Program-made: the position numbers and the translations under genes | Source: Candidatus Bathyarchaeia archaeon | GTDB taxonomy: Archaea > Thermoproteota > Bathyarchaeia > Bathyarchaeales > Bathycorpusculaceae | Direction: 5' to 3' | Assembly (NCBI GenBank): GCA_038883795.1 | Contig: JAVZLK010000006.1 | Coordinates: 1 to 64,000, forward strand | Length of the DNA: 64,000 nucleotides | Shown here: one piece after another, positions 7,818 to 16,587 of the stretch | Layout of the letters: each line of letters opens with the position of its first letter | Position numbering within the stretch: the stretch's first letter is position 1 | The notes under the pieces: generated by a model | Databases searched by the model: none | The model's input: only the letters and a program-made list of their open reading frames with translations | What the model was told of the DNA's origin: nothing

Positions 7818-8990
7818 TTAATGTTTGTCATTGGAAAGAATCTCGATTGAGGTTGTGCTTTTTGTTGATATTTCAAGTTGATCTCCGAAGCCCTTTTTGA
7901 CATAGGCGTTTTTTATGATTATTTTGTCGCCTACTTTTAGGTTGCCGGCTGTTTCAGCGTTTTTTCGCCATGCTGAAACCCATATTTTTCCGGTTTCATC
8001 CTTTAACTCGAAAACTGCAAGCTTCACAACTTCGCCCTCTGATACTTTTACGTTTCTTAACATGGGTTTTGTGGCAACCGTTCCTTCAACGTTAACATGG
8101 TTTAATCCCTCTTTTAAATCAGCTATTTTGAGAACCTCTGGCGTGGACGCTAATATTTCAACATAGGTTCCATTGTCAACGTGAATTTCCAAGCTTTCAT
8201 TTACCGTCTTTTTTGCTTTAGCATTCACAATTTGCAACTTAACGCCTTTCCTAAGCTTTTTCTCTAACTCATCCACTTTTTCATTCCAAACCACAACTGA
8301 TATCTCGCCAGTCTCATCTGAAAGAAAAAACCGCTGCACTTTTCCACTGGTTGCGTCTTTCCTTTTGAATGTGGCTGTTGGAAAAACTTCTTTAACTATG
8401 CCTATCAAGTGTAAATTTTTGTTCTTGTAGGCTTTGGTTATTTCCTTAATCCTAAGGGCAAATTTGCTTATGTCAGGATAATCTTTTTCATTCGCTTCTG
8501 GAGGGTTGATTTGAATATCACTCTTATCTCCACTGTGTAATTCAACCTGCCAGTTTCGATTTTCTCTCGTGTAACCATGAGAAAAGCGTATTATCTGTCC
8601 AGTTTTTATCGTACCAGAATCTACAAGGCTGGTTTTATCGTTCCACAAAACAACCCGCAAAATTCCACTTTTGTCCGCCACAAGCAAACTGGCAAATTTT
8701 CCGCTTTCTTCCGCCTTAAAAGTTTTGGATGGAAAAACTGCAACAACCCGACCGACAACAGTTACATCATTCAAGCTTGGAACCAAATCACCTATTAAAA
8801 GTGTAGGCGCCAAAAACTCTTTAGGAGGGATTTCTATGCCAAATTCGGCTGCGATCATCCGCAAAAGACTTTCGTCTGAAATGAAACCAGCAGTTTTTTC
8901 CCGCTCCCTCGCTAATCTTTCCATAAGCTCTTCCCTAGAAAGTTCTGGACGCTTGGAAAGGATATGCTCAATTAGCTTTTCAATGGACAT
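7818..8990 (-). CDS. rpa: Replication protein A (three OB folds)
   Basis: Repeated D(K/E)(S/T)G.I.V..W OB-fold motif x3; N-terminal helical domain. Confidence 0.9.
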   Translation of the reverse strand: MSIEKLIEHILSKRPELSREELMERLAREREKTAGFISDESLLRMIAAEFGIEIPPKEFLAPTLLIGDLVPSLNDVTVVGRVVAVFPSKTFKAEESGKFASLLVADKSGILRVVLWNDKTSLVDSGTIKTGQIIRFSHGYTRENRNWQVELHSGDKSDIQINPPEANEKDYPDISKFALRIKEITKAYKNKNLHLIGIVKEVFPTATFKRKDATSGKVQRFFLSDETGEISVVVWNEKVDELEKKLRKGVKLQIVNAKAKKTVNESLEIHVDNGTYVEILASTPEVLKIADLKEGLNHVNVEGTVATKPMLRNVKVSEGEVVKLAVFELKDETGKIWVSAWRKNAETAGNLKVGDKIIIKNAYVKKGFGDQLEISTKSTTSIEILSNDKH

Positions 8991-9078
8991 TTGGAGTCAC
9001 GATGCTGCTGAACGATAAAAGATTGGATGTTATAAAGTTTATTAAAAGCGCCTTCTCAGTCTTATAATTGGTATAAGG

Positions 9079-9342
9079 ATGGATGCGCAAACAATTTACA
9101 GCTTAGGCATAACCTTAATTTTCGCTGGAATATTCATTGTTTTATTAGCTTTCTTTCTACTTTTCTATTCCAGTGCAAAGGAAGTTGGAAAAATTAAGGG
9201 AGGCGGAGCCTTGATTATTGGACCTTTCCCAATAATTTTTGGAACAGACAAAGAATCGGTTAGAACAGTTTTAATTCTCTCCATAATTCTAACTGTGCTG
9301 TTAATAGCGGCAATGGTTATTTTCTATCTGTTGCCCAGGTGA
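9079..9342 (+). CDS. DUF131 (TIGR00304) membrane protein
   Basis: GGGALIIGPFPIIFGTD motif between two TM helices. Confidence 0.88.
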   Translation: MDAQTIYSLGITLIFAGIFIVLLAFFLLFYSSAKEVGKIKGGGALIIGPFPIIFGTDKESVRTVLILSIILTVLLIAAMVIFYLLPR

Positions 9343-9349
9343 GATAGGG

Positions 9350-9649
9350 ATGGTTGAGAAAGAAAAGGCTGTGGAAAGCGCAAATAGTAAACATCAAAAG
9401 TTTTTGATGTTGTTTATTATTGGATTTTTCATAATCTTTTTAGGCATAATAATCCTAATAGTCGTCTCATTGGTTTATGGTGAAGGTTCCATAAATTTTG
9501 GCGGCGTCATATTCATATGGTTCATTCCAATAGTTTTTGGTGCAGGTCCAGAAGCACAATGGATGGTTTTGTTCGCCATAATCCTCGCAGTTTTAAGCAT
9601 AGCATTATTCCTAATAATGCGTCGAGAAATTAAAAGAGCAAAGGATTAG
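9350..9649 (+). CDS. DUF131-like membrane protein (tandem paralog)
   Basis: GGVIFIWFIPIVFGAG motif between two TM helices. Confidence 0.8.
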   Translation: MVEKEKAVESANSKHQKFLMLFIIGFFIIFLGIIILIVVSLVYGEGSINFGGVIFIWFIPIVFGAGPEAQWMVLFAIILAVLSIALFLIMRREIKRAKD

Positions 9650-9654
9650 CTTCT

Positions 9655-9771
9655 TTAACTTGTCTTTTCCTCTTCGCCATAAAAGGCGTATAGAAAGATT
9701 AGTACTAATGCAATGAAGGTTGCTGTCATGAGGATGTATTTGAGCACTTCGAAGTAGGCTCCAATGTCCAT
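9655..9771 (-). CDS. 38-aa single-pass membrane microprotein (not in ORF track)
   Basis: MDIGAYFEVLKYILMTATFIALVLIFLYAFYGEEEKTS; AAGGAG upstream; fills the intergenic gap. Confidence 0.7.
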   Translation of the reverse strand: MDIGAYFEVLKYILMTATFIALVLIFLYAFYGEEEKTS

Positions 9772-9814
9772 GGAACAGTTCTCCTTTTACCCTTTTTTAT
9801 TGAGTTTAAATATT

Positions 9815-10225
9815 TTAATGTGTTGGTTTTTTCCACTCCTCCATAAGGGAATCATAAAGTTCATCATGCTCTTCTATGGTTTCATACCATCCTAAAATGT
9901 TGGCTAATTTTTGGGCGAGAAGATGATAGCACAAGTGGATTTCCTTGTCTAAAACGCGAAAATAAAAGTCGTCACATGAACAAAATTCAGCCTCGGGCAT
10001 TAATAGATAATCACGTTCTTTTCCAACAACAATCCAAACAGTTCTACCGCTTGGTTTGAAATTATACTTTTTTACACGCCCTTCCTTTAAAGCTTCGAAG
10101 GCTTTTGTGAATCTTTGACCAAAGATTTCGTAAAGTTTTGTTAGGTTTTTGCCTGTTAGTTTACCCTCTTTTTTAGCTTCTCGGCAGACTGCGTTTATTA
10201 TGTCAATTTCCGAGTTTTCATTCAT
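9815..10225 (-). CDS. SWIM zinc-finger protein
   Basis: CSCDDF...CYH motif. Confidence 0.85.
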   Translation of the reverse strand: MNENSEIDIINAVCREAKKEGKLTGKNLTKLYEIFGQRFTKAFEALKEGRVKKYNFKPSGRTVWIVVGKERDYLLMPEAEFCSCDDFYFRVLDKEIHLCYHLLAQKLANILGWYETIEEHDELYDSLMEEWKKPTH

Positions 10226-10253
10226 ATACGCACAGGCTATTCTGGAAATGAGG

Positions 10254-10847
10254 CTAGTCTATGCTTATTGGTTCACCTTTGGGTTTCTTTTCCTCTTTAA
10301 TTTTTGGCAGTGTAATTTCTAAAACTCCATTTTTATATTGTGTTTTGGCCTCTTTCACTTTCACTTTTGCTGGCAAGGTTATCTCTTTATAGTATTTGCG
10401 CTGGGGAGTATCAACAGAAATTGTTAACGAATCTTCAGTCCCGTGAAGTTTTATGTCGTTTTTCTCTACGCCTGGCAGTTCTGCAACAATGTGGATTTCG
10501 CCATCAGTTTCAATAACATCTACGAGGGGTTCACGTTCTTCCTTAACTTGGGGTCCGAGGCGGCTTGGTTTGACGTTTCCAAACTCGTGAATTTCGGGTT
10601 TTCCATCGGGACCTATTTTTACGCTATAACCATATACGAAGGGCCCCCATTCGCGAACGGTTGTGCCGTCTGGAAGTTTTCTTTCTCTAACATAGTCTTT
10701 GGGAACTCGTGATGTGAAGGTTTTGAATTCCTCTTCCATCATTTTCTCGATTTCACGAAACATCTTATCCATATCCTCAAAGAACCAGCTTCTAAAGAAG
10801 GGATAACGTCTCCTTCTAAACCATTCTGGAAAATCTTCTGATGGCAT
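10254..10847 (-). CDS. hsp20: Archaeal small heat shock protein Hsp20
   Basis: GPFVYGYS, EREPLVDV, ELPGV and YKNGVLEI alpha-crystallin motifs. Confidence 0.95.
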   Translation of the reverse strand: MPSEDFPEWFRRRRYPFFRSWFFEDMDKMFREIEKMMEEEFKTFTSRVPKDYVRERKLPDGTTVREWGPFVYGYSVKIGPDGKPEIHEFGNVKPSRLGPQVKEEREPLVDVIETDGEIHIVAELPGVEKNDIKLHGTEDSLTISVDTPQRKYYKEITLPAKVKVKEAKTQYKNGVLEITLPKIKEEKKPKGEPISID

Positions 10848-10904
10848 AACTTTTCACCTTGTATGTGTGAATAATGTCATGTCTATAAATTTTATGCTAA
10901 AATT

Positions 10905-11738
10905 TTAGCTTAAAAGTTTAAGCTGGTTTAGAGTTCCAATGTAGGTTCCATCCAGAAGGTAGGTTTCAGCATTTTCCATGTCCACAGCTTCTGAACGAAG
11001 AATTGGACCCACAACTCTTTCCTTGCCAGTATTACCTTTGTTTAGCGGCTTTCCTCCTAAGAATTCGTTAAAGGAGGGCATTATGAAAAGGCGAGAAGTT
11101 TTGGATTTAATCTTATAATGCTTGAATAATGTTTCTTCCGGACTCTTTTCAATATTTATTTTATGCCTCTGCAATAAAATTTTAGTTAGTTGAGCTCCGT
11201 TGCAGTTTGCTTTTACCCAAACTTGCTTTGTTATTCTAAACCCGGCTGGGTCTTGGAAGGCTACAACTGGATGGATGTGCCCCATCACCAATGTTTTACA
11301 TTTCAAAAGTGTCGGGGACGGCCATCGATGCCCATGGAAAAAGCCAACATCACCCAATGCAATGCCAGTTGCCGAGACAACCTTGATGTTTTCTGGAAGT
11401 AGAGGTTCAAGGTTTCCGTCGTGATTGCCTCGGATTACCCATATTTCTTCTATTTGCTTTTTCAATTCGTCGAAGAAGTCGGGTATGTCTTGCCATTCGC
11501 CCAATTCTGCTGTTGCCACAGTATGTTTTACATCGCCCAAAATCAGCAGTTTTTCAGGGTTATAGGCGAATATGAGGCCTTTCAGCTTTTCTAAGAGCCT
11601 TGATGTTTGCGTTGGAACGTGGATGCCCTTTTCGGAAAGCGCCATTTCCCATCCAATGTGTAAGTCAACTATCACAAGGGTTTTGCGGTGTCCCTCTTTA
11701 ACCAGTAGGGCTGGATGGTTTTGGATTAACCTTAACAA
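10905..11738 (-). CDS. Metallophosphoesterase (calcineurin-like, SbcD-related)
   Basis: DLHIG, GDVKH, GNHDG, HGH and GHIHP motifs. Confidence 0.9.
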   Translation of the reverse strand: MLRLIQNHPALLVKEGHRKTLVIVDLHIGWEMALSEKGIHVPTQTSRLLEKLKGLIFAYNPEKLLILGDVKHTVATAELGEWQDIPDFFDELKKQIEEIWVIRGNHDGNLEPLLPENIKVVSATGIALGDVGFFHGHRWPSPTLLKCKTLVMGHIHPVVAFQDPAGFRITKQVWVKANCNGAQLTKILLQRHKINIEKSPEETLFKHYKIKSKTSRLFIMPSFNEFLGGKPLNKGNTGKERVVGPILRSEAVDMENAETYLLDGTYIGTLNQLKLLS

Positions 11739-11739
11739 G

Positions 11740-12588
11740 TTATCCTTTTTCTCTCCTCAAAAAATTTAGTATGATTTTGTGGATTTTTTGGTTCGCAGCC
11801 GCTATAAAAGTTACTTTTTGCTTGGGGTCCAGCTTAATGTTTAATGGCTTTCCTTCAGGCGTTGTTATTTTTGCTCCCGCCTCTTGTATTATTAGCCATG
11901 CTGCCGCAATATCTGTGGCCCGAAGTTTTCCGCGTATGTCTAAAAAGGCGTCAGTGGTTCCATTAGCCACGTAGCACAATTCTAAGGCGTTGGCTCCCAA
12001 ATGGCGTATGTGGCTTGCTTTCTTTATAATATTTGATAGTTTTGGAGCGATTTCTTTAACTCGGTAAGTGTTTAGGTCTATGCCTATCACTGCCTCTTCC
12101 AGCAAAGTATTTTCTGAAGGGGTTATTTTCTGGTTGTTGCGGGAGGCCCCTTTTCCTTTTTGTGCAACGTATGTTATATCATGGGGTAAATCTGCCACAA
12201 GAGATGCGTGGATAGCGTTTAAAGTTGGTTTTGTGGAAACAGCAATGGATGTTGCGTAAAATGGTATGCCTCTCTCAAGGTTTGTTGTGCCATCTACAGG
12301 ATCTGCGGTCACAAAATTTTCGTTGGGAGCTTTGCCATACTTTCTTACGCCTGATTCCTCGCTTACGAGCGTGAAGGAAATGTTATGCTCTTTCAAGGTA
12401 TTTACTATGGCTTCCTCTGCTGTGAGGTCGATTTGTTTTATAGGGTCTCCGCCTGCTCCTATGCCGAGATTTGGCTGAGGTTGGTTCAATGTTTTTAGGA
12501 GGGGGGCAATTTGTTTTTGTATGTTGTTTTTGCATTGAATAAGGATTTTTTGCCAATTGATTTGCTCCGCCATTAGGTTTGTCTCCAA
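11740..12588 (-). CDS. suhB: Inositol monophosphatase / FBPase (IMPase family)
   Basis: SEE, DPVDGTTN and DIAAA motifs. Confidence 0.88.
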   Translation of the reverse strand: METNLMAEQINWQKILIQCKNNIQKQIAPLLKTLNQPQPNLGIGAGGDPIKQIDLTAEEAIVNTLKEHNISFTLVSEESGVRKYGKAPNENFVTADPVDGTTNLERGIPFYATSIAVSTKPTLNAIHASLVADLPHDITYVAQKGKGASRNNQKITPSENTLLEEAVIGIDLNTYRVKEIAPKLSNIIKKASHIRHLGANALELCYVANGTTDAFLDIRGKLRATDIAAAWLIIQEAGAKITTPEGKPLNIKLDPKQKVTFIAAANQKIHKIILNFLRREKG

Positions 12589-12676
12589 ATCACTATTATA
12601 GTGTTATAGGTTATGATAAAAAGGCTTACTGCGGATGTTGTGGGAACATTTAAGCAAACGGATATATCCGAAAATA

Positions 12677-12718
12677 GACCTTTAGTCTAGTCTAAAAGTC
12701 CTCAATAGTATTTAAGCA
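12677..12718 (+). promoter_or_regulatory. Inverted repeat plus TATA box upstream of 12767 gene
   Basis: GACCTTTAGTCTAGTCTAAAAGTC then ATTTAAGCA; same layout recurs at 13496-13544. Confidence 0.5.
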
Positions 12719-12766
12719 ACAACTAACTTACATAAACACTCCCCCAGTCTCTTAGGGGCGTTAAAC

Positions 12767-13150
12767 TTGTCAACAAAACTTGAAAAACTGTTAGGCTTGT
12801 TAAGCGACAACGTATGGCATAACATGGAGGACATAACAAAAGTATTGGATATCCCGCAGGAAAAGTTTCAACAGATAATAAAATTTTTGACAGAGGCGGA
12901 CATGATACAATATAATTCTGCAACAAATCAAATAAAACTTAATCAAAACTGGAAAACCATCATAATAAACCAGAAAGAACAAAACCAGCCCCAACAAGAA
13001 ACAACAGCCATCGGCACAATAATAATACCACCACAAAAAACCCTAGTGATTCAGTGCACAAGAATATCAAACTTAACAGACAACAGCCTCGAATTGGAGG
13101 TTCGCATAGACAAAAAATTAAGCGAAATAGCCATAAACAAAATTAAATAG
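12767..13150 (+). CDS. wHTH protein with C-terminal beta-rich extension
   Basis: LSDNVWHNMEDITKVLDIPQEKFQQIIKFLTEADMI. Confidence 0.7.
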   Translation: MSTKLEKLLGLLSDNVWHNMEDITKVLDIPQEKFQQIIKFLTEADMIQYNSATNQIKLNQNWKTIIINQKEQNQPQQETTAIGTIIIPPQKTLVIQCTRISNLTDNSLELEVRIDKKLSEIAINKIK

Positions 13151-13412
13151 ACAAAAATTCGTTAGCTTTTCGTAAAACCTTAAGAAGTTCACGTCCTTTC
13201 TCCGTAGTTTTATATAATACTATGCCTTCGGGATTCGCATTAATACGCTCAATTAAACCTGCATCCAACAATTCTTGAAGGTAGGAGTTGAACCGCATAA
13301 AATTCAAATTACACTGATACATAAGCCGCGTCTTATTAGCGCCGCTTAAGGCTTCTTCGAGAAGGCTAACGATAACTTCTGTTCGACTTCTCCGATGCCT
13401 AGCCTTCTCCAT
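13143..13412 (-). CDS. Winged-helix regulator (HTH_45-like)
   Basis: RRSRTEVI..LL, KTRLMYQCNLNF and YKTTEKG motifs. Confidence 0.88.
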   Translation of the reverse strand: MEKARHRRSRTEVIVSLLEEALSGANKTRLMYQCNLNFMRFNSYLQELLDAGLIERINANPEGIVLYKTTEKGRELLKVLRKANEFLSI

Positions 13413-13495
13413 TTAATACCAACTCTGAATACGAATCCGAACAACAAACAATTAATAGATAACAATTAAACAACTAATAAAGCTAACTCCATACA

Positions 13496-13544
13496 ATCTT
13501 CTAGAAAATTTTTCTAAAAGATAACCTCAGAAGACATTTAAGCA
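13496..13544 (+). promoter_or_regulatory. Inverted repeat plus TATA box upstream of second wHTH paralog
   Basis: ATCTTCTAGAAAATTTTTCTAAAAGAT then ATTTAAGCA. Confidence 0.5.
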
Positions 13545-13582
13545 CTAAGACATATCAAAATGAAAACATCCGCTGGAGGACA

Positions 13583-13858
13583 TTATCAACGACCTCTAAA
13601 ATTGCGGAAACTTTAGAATATCTCAAAGACGGAGAATGGCACACAATAGAGGAATTAAGGGAGAAAATTAAGGTGAATAAAGACCAAATTCAGGAAATAA
13701 TAAAATTTCTAAGCGAATATAATTTCGTAATAATAAACCAAGCAGATAAGAAAGTGAAGCTTGAAGAGACCATTAAAAAATTTTTAACACAAACTACTAC
13801 TTCAAGAGAGCCTTCAAATCTTTATAAGCCTTCAAAAAAGCCTTGCCCTTTTCAGTAA
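13583..13858 (+). CDS. wHTH paralog of 12767 gene; expected start codon is TTA (non-canonical or degraded)
   Basis: LSTTSKIAETLEYLKDGEWHTIEEL...IQEIIKFLSEYNFV aligns to the 12767 protein; GGAGG just upstream. Confidence 0.6.
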   Translation, partial: LSTTSKIAETLEYLKDGEWHTIEELREKIKVNKDQIQEIIKFLSEYNFVIINQADKKVKLEETIKKFLTQTTTSREPSNLYKPSKKPCPFQ

Positions 13859-14084
13859 TCTTGAAAAAACCTGGGTTATCATCAATATTTTCAGCAACTA
13901 TACAGAGAAGCCCTCTAGTAAGGAGAATTTCTAGGTAGTATTTTAGCTGTTTGAAGCTCATGTTGCATCGGTACATGAGGTATGTCTTTCTTGTTCTTTC
14001 ATGGGATGCCTCTAAAATGTCAGCAATTACGTCTAGTTGACAACGATGACTATTACTACTTCGCTTTTTACTTTGAACCAACAA
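13797..14084 (-). CDS. Winged-helix regulator (HTH_45-like), paralog of 13143 gene
   Basis: KTYLMYRCNMSF and FKITEKG; TTG start (14084 or 14081) after GAGGTG. Confidence 0.85.
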   Translation of the reverse strand: MLVQSKKRSSNSHRCQLDVIADILEASHERTRKTYLMYRCNMSFKQLKYYLEILLTRGLLCIVAENIDDNPGFFKITEKGKAFLKAYKDLKALLK

Positions 14085-14222
14085 ACACCTCAACTCGATT
14101 AGCCTAGAGACTCCCTTCTCCAAAATTATTGTGTAAAACGTCAATTTAAACGTTCTGAAAATGGGTATTAATCATATCAATGTGTAGAAGGATAAAAAGA
14201 AAATGTTTAGAAGTTGAATTGT

Positions 14223-14618
14223 CTAAAAAGTATGGAGTTTTCTTAAAACTTTTTCACAGTCAGCATTCTTTTCCATGAAAACGCTTATCCTATTTTCATC
14301 AATAACTAAAGAGAGCACTTTGATATCTTTACCTTCAACATTTATGTTTTTGGCTTCTCCCAAATTGAAAAGTTCACAGAGTTTTTCGCTTGCTTCTAGG
14401 GCTGAGGATGAAAGGATGGCATAGTCAATTATTTTTGTTGGATCTTTGAGGTCTATGGCGGCGGATGTGGAGTTTCTGAGAATATAGCCGATAACCCCAT
14501 CGTAGTTTTTGATTTCCTCGAGGCTTGCTCTTAAATCCTTCTCGGATGTTGTTTCTTCAACGGCTACTGGTTCGGTTACTGCAGCAGTTTCGGGAAAACT
14601 CTTTTTCTTTTTAACCAT
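14223..14618 (-). CDS. Roadblock/LC7-like protein
   Basis: LEEIKNYDGVIGYIL...LGEAKNINVEGKD alpha-beta-beta-alpha-beta-beta-beta pattern; GGAGG before ATG 14618 (alternative start 14633). Confidence 0.75.
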   Translation of the reverse strand: MVKKKKSFPETAAVTEPVAVEETTSEKDLRASLEEIKNYDGVIGYILRNSTSAAIDLKDPTKIIDYAILSSSALEASEKLCELFNLGEAKNINVEGKDIKVLSLVIDENRISVFMEKNADCEKVLRKLHTF

Positions 14619-14632
14619 AACGCATGCCTCCA

Positions 14633-15436
14633 TTATTCGATAATCGGCTTAGCCCTTACAAGTTCGCCCTTTTTAATTTCGAGGGATGATTGCACTTTTT
14701 CTGGCATTTGGATAACACCTTTTCCTTCATACTTTGAGTCTTTTATTGGTTTAACTTTGCATCTCGTGGTTTTTCCATCAAAAGTTTCTATTTCCACTTC
14801 CTCAATTTTTTTATTTTCATAGAGTTTTTCCCACTGCGATAATATTTCACTATCAATGCGCACCGTATCTGATGGGACAAGCAAGCCCCCAAGGTTTTCC
14901 ACTATAAGCTGGTTTACAGGAGGTTCTGGAAGAAGGGGTTCTGGTTCCATGGGAACCTTTTCAGTTTTCTCTGGTTCCTCTTTTTCTGTTGGTTGTGGAA
15001 GCTCCTCGGTCATTGAGATTTCGGGCTCTATTTTTAGTGGTAGGGTTGGAGCGTTTTTGAGGGGGGTAGGGCAGATTTTCTCCAGTAATCTAAGAACTGT
15101 TGGGATTAAGACGCGAGTTACGGTGTTTACGTAGTTTATGTCCGCCTTTTTTGATGTAACTGTAGTGAAGTATGTGTCTTTTATGCATGAAACATTTACT
15201 CTGCCGTTACTGCCCTCTAGGGTTATGCCTTCAACACCGCCTATTTTGTCTGCCTTTTCCAAAATGCCGTCAAAGGCATCTATAACCTGTATTATGGTTT
15301 TTTCTGGAGTATTTTCGTCTGAGGCTAATATTTCGCCGTTTTCGGTAAACATGAAAGCGTGAGTTATGTCTGGGCAGACGTTTCGAATTTCGTTTAGGGT
15401 ATTTTTTAGGGCAAATGCGTAGACTTCATTATCCAT
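14633..15436 (-). CDS. Roadblock/LC7 domain + Pro/Glu linker + double-psi beta-barrel-like domain
   Basis: LNEIRNVCPDITHAFMFTENGEILAS; C-terminal GVIQMPEKVQSSLEIKKGELVRAKP resembles CDC48_N-type barrels. Confidence 0.7.
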   Translation of the reverse strand: MDNEVYAFALKNTLNEIRNVCPDITHAFMFTENGEILASDENTPEKTIIQVIDAFDGILEKADKIGGVEGITLEGSNGRVNVSCIKDTYFTTVTSKKADINYVNTVTRVLIPTVLRLLEKICPTPLKNAPTLPLKIEPEISMTEELPQPTEKEEPEKTEKVPMEPEPLLPEPPVNQLIVENLGGLLVPSDTVRIDSEILSQWEKLYENKKIEEVEIETFDGKTTRCKVKPIKDSKYEGKGVIQMPEKVQSSLEIKKGELVRAKPIIE

Positions 15437-15456
15437 GTTTTCACTTCCTTAATGCT

Positions 15457-15882
15457 TCAAGATAGTTTGAAGAGAATACGTTCAGGGACGCCGTCATTTT
15501 CCACAACAAGATATTTTAAGCCTTCAGTATCGCCAAGTTGGTCAAGCCATTTTAGGGCTTCTCGGGCTTTCTGTAATACCAAAAGCCTTTCCTGGTGGCT
15601 TCTTACGACTTCTTCTATGGCGGTTAGTTCGTGGAATGGGTTGGCGTCTAAAATTATGCTTAAACTGCCTATGGTGATTTCGCCGAGGCTTTCGGTTGCC
15701 GCTTTTTTTCCAGCCAGTTTTAAGACTACTTCTCGGATTTTTTTGGATTTTTCAGCCAAAGCCCTAATATCATCTAAACGGCGCAGGTACTCGCCTAAAG
15801 TGCTTTTTGTTTCTGAAATTTCTTTTTCAAGGGTTTCAGCTATTTCTTCTGCCGAAGCGTACTCCTTTATTTCTACCACCAT
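15457..15882 (-). CDS. Hypothetical helix-hairpin-helix coiled-coil protein
   Basis: Two long amphipathic helices around GEITIGSLSIILD; GGAGGTG RBS. Confidence 0.75.
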   Translation of the reverse strand: MVVEIKEYASAEEIAETLEKEISETKSTLGEYLRRLDDIRALAEKSKKIREVVLKLAGKKAATESLGEITIGSLSIILDANPFHELTAIEEVVRSHQERLLVLQKAREALKWLDQLGDTEGLKYLVVENDGVPERILFKLS

Positions 15883-15968
15883 TGCGTTTTACACCTCCAA
15901 CATAGGAAACAAACGGGGAAATGAAAGGTTTACAACCCTACCCCCAATCTCAACAAACAAAGGAAAGT

Positions 15969-16388
15969 TTAAGATGTAGGAGCCACAGCTGTTCTAATGA
16001 ACGGGTTACCCTTCGAAGACACTAGCTTGGCTTCATAATTACCTCCAGTAGTCCATGAATAAGTTATATTCAATATTAATCCAGTGTTAGCAGCAATTGT
16101 ATACGGTAGCGACGGGTTAGTATTCGTTTGCTTAACATTGTTTATCCATGCCTCGTTTATGGTAACTGGCGAAGTTCCAGTATTATTTACTGTCAAAGTA
16201 ATGACTTTATCACTTCCGCTATAACCAAAAGCCATGTTTGTAATCTGTATCTGTTCTGTGGACGTGAATGTGAATGTTAAGGCTCCCATCCATGCTGCTA
16301 CGGCTATGCTGACGGCGACTGTTACGGCGATGAGTATGATTGATGCAACTACGGGGCTTAGGGCTTTCTTGCTCTTCAATATTTTCAT
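15969..16388 (-). CDS. Archaeal type IV pilin (class III signal peptide)
   Basis: KKA|LSPVVASIILIAVTVAV; NTG..VTI...WIN and KLVSSKGN Ig-like domain. Confidence 0.92.
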   Translation of the reverse strand: MKILKSKKALSPVVASIILIAVTVAVSIAVAAWMGALTFTFTSTEQIQITNMAFGYSGSDKVITLTVNNTGTSPVTINEAWINNVKQTNTNPSLPYTIAANTGLILNITYSWTTGGNYEAKLVSSKGNPFIRTAVAPTS

Positions 16389-16587
16389 TTCTTTTTTATC
16401 CCTCCTTTTGGAGTTATTGTGTATGTTAGAGGAAACAGAGAATTTAAATCTTACGACTCAATACACCATATTATTCATTTGTAAAACAAAACCACAAAAA
16501 ACCCAAAAAACACCGCTATAAAGACATCTAAAAAACCATGCAAACCCAAACTGTACAACAGCAACCCAACAATATGTCCATAAACGA

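Noticed and set aside
15915-15944. Hairpin between pilin and the next gene as an attenuator
   Set aside because: The stem is short and interrupted; plausible but too weak to call.
15452-15979. 175-aa plus-strand ORF and similar long antisense ORFs (35555-36004, 42265-42894, 60347-61003)
   Set aside because: Ser/Phe-rich shadows of well-supported genes on the opposite strand.
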